Positions 38,325 through 47,011 of a stretch of DNA of 64,000 nt are shown one piece after another; positions within the stretch are counted from its first letter, which is position 1, and every line of letters begins with the position of its first letter. The translations under genes and the position numbers were made by a program. The notes below the pieces were generated by a model. The model saw only the letters and a list, made by a program, of their open reading frames with translations. It did no database searches and had not been told where the DNA came from. This stretch comes from Candidatus Paceibacter sp. GTDB taxonomy: Bacteria > Patescibacteriota > Patescibacteriia > S139-126. The DNA lies in the NCBI GenBank assembly GCA_020724865.1, contig DYGA01000001.1, positions 196,624 to 260,623 on the forward strand. Reading direction: 5' to 3'.

Positions 38325-38592
38325 AGACTTTATTTTGTTTATTTATTTTTTTTAGCAAGCGAGATTTTTTTCTGGCAGCATTATTTTTTTTAATAATTTT
38401 ATTTTTAGCTGCTTTATCAATTAGAGATTGGGCATTTTTTACCAGTTCTTCAAGTTTTGTTTTATCATTTGCGGTGATTGCTTTATCAATTTTTTTCAGT
38501 AATGATTTAATATTACTTTTAACCCGATTATTTCTTTGGGCGTTTTTTTTAGATTTCCGTAAATCTTTAGCAGCTGATTTTGTATTGGGCAT
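38323..38592 (-). CDS. rpsT: 30S ribosomal protein S20
   Basis: MPNTKSA.K...IDKAAK..IIKKNNAARKKSRL. Confidence 0.95.
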   Translation of the reverse strand: MPNTKSAAKDLRKSKKNAQRNNRVKSNIKSLLKKIDKAITANDKTKLEELVKNAQSLIDKAAKNKIIKKNNAARKKSRLLKKINKQNKV

Positions 38593-38663
38593 AGTGATAG
38601 AAAATTAATAACTGATTAAGTAGACGTATCATAACAATTTAGACAAAATAAATCAAGCCTGAA

Positions 38664-39827
38664 TTATAATAATTTATTCATATCTGCTTTAACAAAAAAT
38701 TGGTTAATTTTTGATAAAAGTTTAGCCGTCGGTATAAAATAATTTTGTGTAAAAAAATTTTTGGATAAAGAGCCAAGATCAACTGCTGCATTTAGATCAA
38801 AATCACCAATGGCTGTCCGAGTTAAATTGGTCATAATAGCGCCAGTATCAAGTTTTTTCCCTATATCATGGATTAAACTTCGGACATATGTTCCTGAGCT
38901 ACAGGAAATTTGCAATTTTAATTTAGGCCATGAGTATGAAATTATTTGTAATTGATGAATATATATATTTTGTTCAGTCAACTGTACATTTAATTTTTTT
39001 CTCGCCAGTTCATAAGCTTTTTGACCATTTATTTTTTTAGCAGAAAAAATAGGTGGGATTTGTTTTTGCTGGCCAATAAATTCTGCTAAAGTTTTTTTGA
39101 TTGTAGGTAAGTAAATTTTTTTTGTGGGGATGTTGGTAATAGCGCCTTCAAAATCATAAGTGTCAGAAATTTTACCAAATTCCATTTCTGCCAAATAGGT
39201 TTTGGGGAAATAGCGCCACCAACTAAGTAATTTTGTGGCAGCGTTTATGCCTACTACCAATAGACCAGTGGCTAACGGATCGAGTGTACCGGCATGTCCA
39301 ACTTTTTTGGTTTGAGCAATGTTGCGTATTTTATTAACTACATCATGAGAAGTTATGCCTTTGGGTTTATTGATCAACAAAAAACCAGTTTGTTGATTTT
39401 CTAAAGCCGGTCGAATTTTGGAAGATTTAAAAAAATCTGCCTGCCAGGGCTTTGCCCTTAAGATTGTAGGCTTTAGATTTATTTTTTTCAGCTCTTGCGG
39501 CAGTTTCTCAGTAAATATTTTCTGATCGTAACCCAATAGAATTACATCTGGCTTAATGTTAGTAAAAATTTTGTAAGGATTATCAAGATTTCCTAGTATA
39601 ACTCTGTCTATTTCCGAGTATAATCGTAAATGTTTTACTCGTTCTTTTTCTCCAAAGAATGGCTTTTGACCTTTGTATTTTTTTATTGTTTTATCTCTGG
39701 CTACTACAGCTGTTACTTTTCCCAAAGCAGCTGCTTGTTTGAATAAAAAAATATGTCCGGGATGAATAATATCAAAAGCGCCAAAAATTATTACGGAAGT
39801 TGATTGTTTGTTTTCTAGTTTGTTCAT
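38664..39827 (-). CDS. truB: Fusion of a RibL-like (HxGH) nucleotidyltransferase and tRNA pseudouridine-55 synthase
   Basis: N-term FGAFDIIHPGH, VVARD, KPDVILLGYDQ, SSKIR; C-term NKPKGITSHDVV, VGHAGTLDPLATG, CSSGTYVRSL. Confidence 0.9.
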   Translation of the reverse strand: MNKLENKQSTSVIIFGAFDIIHPGHIFLFKQAAALGKVTAVVARDKTIKKYKGQKPFFGEKERVKHLRLYSEIDRVILGNLDNPYKIFTNIKPDVILLGYDQKIFTEKLPQELKKINLKPTILRAKPWQADFFKSSKIRPALENQQTGFLLINKPKGITSHDVVNKIRNIAQTKKVGHAGTLDPLATGLLVVGINAATKLLSWWRYFPKTYLAEMEFGKISDTYDFEGAITNIPTKKIYLPTIKKTLAEFIGQQKQIPPIFSAKKINGQKAYELARKKLNVQLTEQNIYIHQLQIISYSWPKLKLQISCSSGTYVRSLIHDIGKKLDTGAIMTNLTRTAIGDFDLNAAVDLGSLSKNFFTQNYFIPTAKLLSKINQFFVKADMNKLL

Positions 39828-39914
39828 AAATAATACTGTAGTTGCACAGTCAATCAGGCTTGCTTATAATAGAGAAGTGTTAGCTAATTAATATAGTACT
39901 AAGGAGACAATCTT

Positions 39915-40772
39915 ATGTCCAATTCAATTCTAGTTGATGGTAAAAAAATTGCCGCTCGATTGCAAAATGATTTAAAAAATAATTTGCTTGAGTTAAATTT
40001 TTCCGAACCAATAAAATTGGCAGTTATTTTGGTAGGTGATGACCCAGCGTCTCAAATTTATGCCAATAAAAAGAAAATTATTGCCAAAGATTTAGGTATT
40101 ATTTGTGATGTTTATGAGTTATCAAAAGATTCTACAGCCAAAGAGGTGATAGATAAGATAAATTTTTTACAACAAGATAAAAATTTATATGGTTTGATTG
40201 TTCAACTGCCATTGCCAGACAATTTGTGGTCACAAACCCGTTTAATAACTGATCATATTCGTCCAGAACTTGATGTGGACTGTTTATCACATTTTTCTTT
40301 GGGTAAAATTTTGATGAATGAATTATATTTTGTGCCGCCGATTATAGGTGCAGTTAGAGAAATTTTAAATGAATATAAAATTGAATTAGAAGGCAAACAT
40401 GTTTGTTTAGTTGGGCGAGGTGAATTAATTGGTCGGCCGTTAGCTGCTTATTTTTTAAATTTACCCGTAACTTTAAGCGTTTGCGGCAAAAGCACAAAAA
40501 AATTGTCTGATATTACAAAACAAGCTGATATATTGATTTCAGGCGTGGGTAAACCAAATTTAATTAATGCCGATATGGTTAAATCTGGGGCAGTAGTAAT
40601 TGATTTGGCGACTACTTATAATCAAGGTAAAGTTCAGGGAGATATTGATTTTAATTCGGTTAAAACCAAAGCTTCACTGTTGACTCCCGTACCCGGCGGG
40701 ATAGGGCCAATTACAGTCATAAAATTGATGGAAAATATAGTATTTGCAGTAAGAAATAAAAAAAGTACTTAA
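39915..40772 (+). CDS. folD: Methylenetetrahydrofolate dehydrogenase/cyclohydrolase
   Basis: VGDDPAS..Y...K, VQLPLP, TPVPGGIGP. Confidence 0.92.
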   Translation: MSNSILVDGKKIAARLQNDLKNNLLELNFSEPIKLAVILVGDDPASQIYANKKKIIAKDLGIICDVYELSKDSTAKEVIDKINFLQQDKNLYGLIVQLPLPDNLWSQTRLITDHIRPELDVDCLSHFSLGKILMNELYFVPPIIGAVREILNEYKIELEGKHVCLVGRGELIGRPLAAYFLNLPVTLSVCGKSTKKLSDITKQADILISGVGKPNLINADMVKSGAVVIDLATTYNQGKVQGDIDFNSVKTKASLLTPVPGGIGPITVIKLMENIVFAVRNKKST

Positions 40773-42757
40773 AGTACTTTTTTTAGTTTTTTAATGTTTT
40801 TGATTTCTTCGATTTGGTCTCGATATTTAGCCGCTTTTTCAAATTCTAAATTTTGGGCGGCTAAATTCATTTGCTCTTCCAATTGAGAAAGTAAATATTT
40901 TATTTCTTCTTTGGGTAGTTTTGTAAAATCTATTTTTGGCACAGTGCTATCTTGATGGTTTAGACCAGCTAACATTGTTTGTTTTATTTTCTTTTGAATT
41001 GATTGTGGAGTGATGTGATGTTTTTTGTTGTAAGCTTGTTGAATTTGACGGCGACGGGTTGTTTCTTCAATTGCTGTTTGCATAGATTTAGTGATTTTGT
41101 CAGCGTACATAATAACTTGACCGTCAATATGTCTAGCCGCTCTGCCTATAGTTTGAATTAAAGTAACGTCACTGCGTAAAAATCCTTCTTTATCAGCATC
41201 TAAAATGGCAACTAGTGATACTTCTGGTAAATCCAAGCCTTCTCGCAATAAATTAATGCCCACTAAAACATCTACCTCGCCTCGCCGGAGAGATTGTAAT
41301 ATCTCTATTCTTTCCAAAGTATCTACTTCAGAGTGGATATATTTGGTTTTGATATTCATTTCCAATAAATGTTCAGCCAATTCTTCAGCTAATCGTTTAG
41401 TCAACGTTGTTACTAAAACCCTTTGTTTTTTCTTAATTCTTATTTTTATTTGTTTTATTAGATCAGTGATTTGATCCTTAGTTGGTTTAATGAAAATTTC
41501 GGGATCAAGTAAACCAGTTGGTCTAATTAATTGTTCAACAACTTGTTGGGAGTTATTGAGTTCATATTGATTAGGCGTAGCAGACACATAAATAATTTGA
41601 TTTATTTTTTTGGTAAATTCAGCAAATTTTAATGGTCGATTATCAAAAGCTGCCGGCAATCTAAAACCAAACTCTACCAATGTTTGTTTACGTGATTTAT
41701 CGCCTTCATACATACTTCTAATTTGGGGGATAGTTATGTGCGATTCATCAATAAATAATAGATAGTCTTTGGGGAAATAGTCGATTAGTGTATAAGGCGG
41801 TTGTCCGGGTAAACGACCGTCGAAATAGCGAGAATAATTTTCAATGCCATTACAATAACCAACTGTTTCCATCATTTCTAAATCAAAACTAACTCTTTGT
41901 TCTAGTCTTTGTCCTTCCAGAAGTTTATTTTGTTTTTTAAAAATTTGTAATTGTTTGGTTAAATCTTGACGAATTTGACTGGTTACCTTTTTCATTTTTT
42001 CTGGCGGTGCTACATAATGGGTGGCGGGATAAATTTCAATACTAGAAAAGTTGTTTAATGTTTTTTTTGTCAGCCAATCAATTTCTTCAATTTTTTCTAG
42101 TGTGTTGCCAAAAAATTTAAGTCTAAAAAATTTATCTAAAGCAAAAGAAGGATAAATCTCAATTATTTCTCCTCTAACTGTATAACTATTTCTTTTAAGT
42201 TCTTGGTCATTGCGCGTATAACGCATGTCATGCAGAGACTGTAAAATTTCTTTGCGTTTGTAATTTTTTTTAATTTCCAGTGGCAGTTTAATTTCTGCAT
42301 ATTCCCTAGGATTGCCAAGGCCATAAATACAACTTACCGAAGCAACAATAATGACATCACGACGCATCATAAGAGCAGTGGTAGAAGCATGTCGTAGTCT
42401 GTCTATTTCTTCATTTATTTGAGTTTCTTTTTCAATATATGTATCAGATCGGGGGATATATGCTTCCGGTTGGTAATAGTCATAATAAGATACAAAGTAA
42501 TGAACAGCATTATGAGGAAAAAAATCTTGGAATTCACTGGCCAGTTGGGCAGCCAGAGTTTTGTTGTGAGAGATTATTAAGGTTGGTCTATTGCTCTGAG
42601 CAATAACATTAGCCATGGTAAAAGTTTTACCCGAACCGGTTACTCCTAATAAAGTTTGAGCAGAATATTTTTTATGCAAACCGTCAAGTAATTGTTTGAT
42701 TGCCTTGGGCTGATCGCCAGTTGGTTTGAATTTTGCTGTTAATTTAAATTTATTCAT
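40769..42757 (-). CDS. uvrB: Excinuclease ABC subunit B
   Basis: GVTGSGKT, YYDYYQPEAY, DESH, C-terminal UVR domain. Confidence 0.97.
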   Translation of the reverse strand: MNKFKLTAKFKPTGDQPKAIKQLLDGLHKKYSAQTLLGVTGSGKTFTMANVIAQSNRPTLIISHNKTLAAQLASEFQDFFPHNAVHYFVSYYDYYQPEAYIPRSDTYIEKETQINEEIDRLRHASTTALMMRRDVIIVASVSCIYGLGNPREYAEIKLPLEIKKNYKRKEILQSLHDMRYTRNDQELKRNSYTVRGEIIEIYPSFALDKFFRLKFFGNTLEKIEEIDWLTKKTLNNFSSIEIYPATHYVAPPEKMKKVTSQIRQDLTKQLQIFKKQNKLLEGQRLEQRVSFDLEMMETVGYCNGIENYSRYFDGRLPGQPPYTLIDYFPKDYLLFIDESHITIPQIRSMYEGDKSRKQTLVEFGFRLPAAFDNRPLKFAEFTKKINQIIYVSATPNQYELNNSQQVVEQLIRPTGLLDPEIFIKPTKDQITDLIKQIKIRIKKKQRVLVTTLTKRLAEELAEHLLEMNIKTKYIHSEVDTLERIEILQSLRRGEVDVLVGINLLREGLDLPEVSLVAILDADKEGFLRSDVTLIQTIGRAARHIDGQVIMYADKITKSMQTAIEETTRRRQIQQAYNKKHHITPQSIQKKIKQTMLAGLNHQDSTVPKIDFTKLPKEEIKYLLSQLEEQMNLAAQNLEFEKAAKYRDQIEEIKNIKKLKKVL

Positions 42758-42941
42758 TTAATTTATTGTCTTATTTAAACAGTATAATAATCTTTTGTAA
42801 AATAAAAAAGACTTGAAAAAATTGCCATATTTATCAAGGTGAAATAACTGTCAAAATATTATATACTTAATAATAGCTAAATAATTCTGCTTAATTTTAT
42901 ATAATTAACTAGTTAATTGAACAAATACTTAAAATGAATAT

Positions 42942-43502
42942 ATGATTTCTTATTTACAGGGGAAAGTCAAAAGAATAGGCGAAAGGACTTTAACTGTTTT
43001 GGTGGGCGGTGTTGGTTATGAAGTTTATGTTACCAATGATATTTTGACCAAAACAAATATTGGTTCAGAAATTGAATTATTTGTATATACTGCAATTCGC
43101 GAAGATGCTATGGATTTGTTTGGTTTTCAGGATGAAAGTAAATATTATTTTTTTAAATTACTTATAACAATTTCCGGTATTGGGCCAAAATCAGCTTTAA
43201 ATATTTTGGAAACGGCTGGTCCTGATGATATTAGACAGGCGGTATTAAATGATGATCCTGGATTTTTACAAAAGGTAAATGGTATTGGTAAGAAAACCGC
43301 AGAAAGAATTGTTGTGGAATTGAAATCAAAAATCGGAGCAGGAATAATTAGCAGTGAGCGTGGTGCTAGTAATGAAGTGATTGAAGCTTTAGAAAGTTTA
43401 GGTTATAGAGCTAGTGAAATTAGGCAAGCTTTAAAAAATGTTGATGCTGATTTAAGTACGGAACAAAAAGTTTCACAAATTCTTAAATTACTTGGTAAAT
43501 AA
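42942..43502 (+). CDS. ruvA: Holliday junction branch migration protein RuvA
   Basis: GVGYEV, REDA..LFGF, GIGPK, GIGKKTAERI. Confidence 0.95.
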   Translation: MISYLQGKVKRIGERTLTVLVGGVGYEVYVTNDILTKTNIGSEIELFVYTAIREDAMDLFGFQDESKYYFFKLLITISGIGPKSALNILETAGPDDIRQAVLNDDPGFLQKVNGIGKKTAERIVVELKSKIGAGIISSERGASNEVIEALESLGYRASEIRQALKNVDADLSTEQKVSQILKLLGK

Positions 43503-44564
43503 ATGGAAGTTAGAGAAATTAATTCACCAGCTGAACTGAATAATTTTATAGCCGCCAATTGGGGTGGTCAATTTTTACAAAGTTGGGATTGGGGAGATTT
43601 TCAAATTAGTCAAAATCATCAAGTTTGGCGTCTTGGTATTTACGAACAAAATGATTTGTTGGCTAGTGCTCAGGTTATTTTACATCCTTTACCTTTTAGC
43701 CATGCTTACTTATATATTCCCCACGGTCCAGTTTTTAAAAACAATTTATCTTTTTTGCAAAAAGAAAAAATTGTAAAGTTGTTTTTATCTAAAGCTCGTG
43801 ATATTACTATTGCCACCAATAAAAAATCGGAAATTTTTTTACGTTTGGAGCCAAGATTATCTGCAGTTGAATTGGGGAATTTTTTTTTCAATTTAGGTTT
43901 AAAAAAAACTTCAGCTGTTCAGCCTCAAGATACACAAATAATTGATTTAACTAAAACTTCAGAAGAAATTTTAGCCCAAATGCATCCCAAAACTAGGTAT
44001 AATATCAGATTGGCAAAAAAACACGGAGTAATAGTTAAAGACGCGGAAACAAAGAAAGATTTTGTAAATTTTATAAATTTACTTAGAGAAACCGCTAGGC
44101 GTGATGGCTTTAAAATTCATTCGGATAAATATTATCAAACTATGTGGGAAATGTTTCATAATACTGATATAGCTGATCAAAACAGCTTAACAATAAAATT
44201 ATTTTTAGCTGAATATAATCAGCAGGTTTTGGCTGGCGGTTTATTTTCATTTTTTGGTGATCGAGTAGTTTATTTGCATGGAGCTTCAACCACGTTACAC
44301 AAAGAAGTGATGGCTCCTTATTTATTACATTGGGAGTTGATGGAACTGGCAAAAAAATATGGTTACTACCAGTATGATTTATATGGGGTAAAACCCACGC
44401 AAAGAATTATCAATAAAAACGATCGGGAAAACAATTGGGATGGTATAACTAGATTTAAGAAAGGTTTTGGTGGTAAAGAGGTAAATTATCTTGGGGCGTG
44501 GGATTGGATTTATGATAAAATATGGTACGGAGTTTATAAACTAGCAAAAAGTTTTTATGATTAA
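43503..44564 (+). CDS. FemAB/FemX-family peptidoglycan aminoacyltransferase
   Basis: FLQSWDWG, KTRYNIRLA.K.GV, YLHGAS, RFKKGFGG. Confidence 0.9.
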   Translation: MEVREINSPAELNNFIAANWGGQFLQSWDWGDFQISQNHQVWRLGIYEQNDLLASAQVILHPLPFSHAYLYIPHGPVFKNNLSFLQKEKIVKLFLSKARDITIATNKKSEIFLRLEPRLSAVELGNFFFNLGLKKTSAVQPQDTQIIDLTKTSEEILAQMHPKTRYNIRLAKKHGVIVKDAETKKDFVNFINLLRETARRDGFKIHSDKYYQTMWEMFHNTDIADQNSLTIKLFLAEYNQQVLAGGLFSFFGDRVVYLHGASTTLHKEVMAPYLLHWELMELAKKYGYYQYDLYGVKPTQRIINKNDRENNWDGITRFKKGFGGKEVNYLGAWDWIYDKIWYGVYKLAKSFYD

Positions 44565-45315
44565 AAAGGTGGTTATTTTTGCGGCTGGTCGTGGTACTAG
44601 AATGAAAGATTTAGCCAGAACTCGCCCTAAACATTTGATTGAAGTTTTTGGCAAACCATTTTTGTTTTATTTGTTAACAAATTTAAAAGCAGTTGGTTTT
44701 CAGGAAGTAATAATGGTAACCGGTCATTTGTCACATCAGTTTGACGAATTTTTTTCAGTTTACCATGAGGAATTTCCAATTTTTTGTACTGTTAATCAAT
44801 TTGCCATTATGGGTGAAGAAAAATATGGCACCCTAATACCTTTACAGGCAGTTAAAAGTATAGTAGATAATGAACCATTTGTGGTGGTGATGGGGGATAA
44901 TTTATATTCTTTAGAGGATTTACAAGCTTTTGCTAATAGTGAAGATAATTATAATTATATTGGCGGTTTAAAAGTTGCTGATTCAAAAAATTATGGCACT
45001 TTGGTAGCTGGTTCAGATAATTTTTTGATAAGAATAGATGAAAAAGTGGCTAATCCTATATCTGATATTATTAATGCTGGGATATATAAGTTTAATCCGG
45101 ATATTTATTCTGTTGTTGAAAAAATTACTCCTACCCAAAATGGCGAATATCAAATTACAGATGCCATTTCATTATTAGCTCAAGAAAACAGTGTAAAAAT
45201 AAAATTATTACAAAATTATTGGCTTGATTTTGGCAGACCTGAAGATATAAAAAAAGTTGAAAAATTTATTCAAAGCAACAATTTATTTGCAACTTATGGA
45301 TTGGATGTTAATTAA
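44557..45315 (+). CDS. Sugar-phosphate nucleotidyltransferase
   Basis: FAAGRGTRM...PKHL, GDN, EK, GEYQITDA, WLDFG. Confidence 0.85.
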   Translation: MIKKVVIFAAGRGTRMKDLARTRPKHLIEVFGKPFLFYLLTNLKAVGFQEVIMVTGHLSHQFDEFFSVYHEEFPIFCTVNQFAIMGEEKYGTLIPLQAVKSIVDNEPFVVVMGDNLYSLEDLQAFANSEDNYNYIGGLKVADSKNYGTLVAGSDNFLIRIDEKVANPISDIINAGIYKFNPDIYSVVEKITPTQNGEYQITDAISLLAQENSVKIKLLQNYWLDFGRPEDIKKVEKFIQSNNLFATYGLDVN

Positions 45316-45353
45316 TTTTGTTTACAGATTTTAAGTTGATTTTGTTGTTAATT

Positions 45354-45428
45354 GTCCCCGTAGTTCAATGGATAGAATGCGAGCTTCCGGAGCTCGAGAT
45401 ATGGGTTCGATTCCTATCGGGGACACCA
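45354..45428 (+). tRNA. tRNA-Arg(CCG)
   Basis: CGAGC-TTCCGGA-GCTCG; CCA. Confidence 0.95.
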
Positions 45429-45495
45429 ATTGCATTAGAAAAAATATGACATTCAAAGAATAATAATCAATATAATAATAAATCGTAATAATATA

Positions 45496-46749
45496 ATGTT
45501 TAAGAAAAAATTGAAAAAAATTTTACCACCTCAGTTAATTAGTTATTATCATAAATTATTGGCGATATTAGCAAATATTATATATTTTTTTCCTTCGCGA
45601 AAAATGGTAGTAATTGGTGTAACCGGCACTAAAGGTAAATCCACTACTGCCAATATGATTTGGCAAATTTTAAATCAAGCCGGTTTTAAAACTGGTTTAA
45701 TCACCACTGCTAATTTTCGTATTAATGATAAAGAGTGGATTAATAATACAAAGATGACTATGCCAGGCAGATTGCAGTTGCAAAAATTATTAAAACGGAT
45801 GGTAAAAGCTGGCTGTCAATATGCAATCGTAGAAACATCGTCTGAAGGTATAAAGCAATTTCGCCACTGGGGCATAAAATATCAAATTGCTGTTTTTACT
45901 AATTTAAGTCCAGAACATATTGAAGCTCATGGCAGTTTTGAAAATTATCGAGCGGCCAAAGGCGAGCTATTTAAAAGTTTACGCGGGCTTCGTATTAGCA
46001 TATTAAATAAAGACGATGCCAATTTTTCTTATTATAAAAATATTCCTGCCAGTTTGTATATTTATTATGGCCTGCAAGAAGAGGCTGACTATTTTCCTAC
46101 AAATTTACAACCCACTGCAGAGGGTTTTCAGTTTGCAGTAAAAGGGCATCTCTTTAATTTAAATTTGCCAGGCATTTTTAATGTTTATAATGCTATGGCG
46201 GCAATAGCTACTGCCAAAGCTTTGCAAATTAAATGGCAAGATATCATTAAGGGGTTGCAGGACTTTAAATATATGCCTGGTCGAATGGAAAAAATAATTT
46301 CACGTAAAGGTTTTGTGGTATATGTCGACTATGCCCACACGCCAGAAAGTTTGGAATTAGTTTATAAAACTTTGCAACCCAAAGCCAAAAGGTTGATAGC
46401 GGTATTGGGTTCTTGCGGTGGTGGTAGAGATAAAGCTAAACGACCAATCTTAGGTAAATTGGCCGCCAGTTATGCTCAAGTAGTTATTATTACCAATGAA
46501 GATCCTTACGATGAGGATCCTAAAGCTATAATTGAAGATGTTTTTGCAGGCACCATGAGTTTCCCCAGTGTTGAAGTTTATAAAATTGAAGATCGTAGGC
46601 AGGCAATAAAACAAGCTGTGCGAATTGCTGAAGTTGGTGATATTGTAGTTATAACTGGTAAAGGTAGTGAACAGGCAATAGTAACAAAAAATGGTAAAAT
46701 ACCTTGGGATGATAGAACTGTAGTTAGAGAATGTTTAGAAGAATTATAG
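45496..46749 (+). CDS. murE: UDP-MurNAc-tripeptide synthetase
   Basis: GVTGTKGKSTT, ETSS, PGRME, VDYAHTP, GGGRD..KR, TGKG.E. Confidence 0.88.
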   Translation: MFKKKLKKILPPQLISYYHKLLAILANIIYFFPSRKMVVIGVTGTKGKSTTANMIWQILNQAGFKTGLITTANFRINDKEWINNTKMTMPGRLQLQKLLKRMVKAGCQYAIVETSSEGIKQFRHWGIKYQIAVFTNLSPEHIEAHGSFENYRAAKGELFKSLRGLRISILNKDDANFSYYKNIPASLYIYYGLQEEADYFPTNLQPTAEGFQFAVKGHLFNLNLPGIFNVYNAMAAIATAKALQIKWQDIIKGLQDFKYMPGRMEKIISRKGFVVYVDYAHTPESLELVYKTLQPKAKRLIAVLGSCGGGRDKAKRPILGKLAASYAQVVIITNEDPYDEDPKAIIEDVFAGTMSFPSVEVYKIEDRRQAIKQAVRIAEVGDIVVITGKGSEQAIVTKNGKIPWDDRTVVRECLEEL

Positions 46750-46864
46750 TGTGGAAAAGTTGTTGGTATATATTTTTTGATAAAAGTAATAAATTTGTTT
46801 TTTTAGCTAAAAATAAAGAAAAATTTACAAATATTGACTTAATTCTAATTTTAGTATCAAAAGC

Positions 46865-46893
46865 TTGACTAAAAACATATTTTTTGTTAAAGT
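46865..46893 (+). promoter_or_regulatory. Sigma70-type promoter of rpoBC
   Basis: TTGACT-N17-TAAAGT with TG extended -10. Confidence 0.6.
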
Positions 46894-47011
46894 TATCACA
46901 TCGTGTTATTGTTGGTAAATATTTTAGCTAACCTTACACAAATTGTGTTGATTTATCTAGCTTAAATTAAATATTAAAAAACTCTTTTCTCTTTGGAAAG
47001 GAGTCATTTTT

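Noticed and set aside
46750-46758. Consensus DnaA box TGTGGAAAA (another, TTATTCACA, at 18213-18221)
   Set aside because: Isolated single boxes are expected by chance in AT-rich DNA
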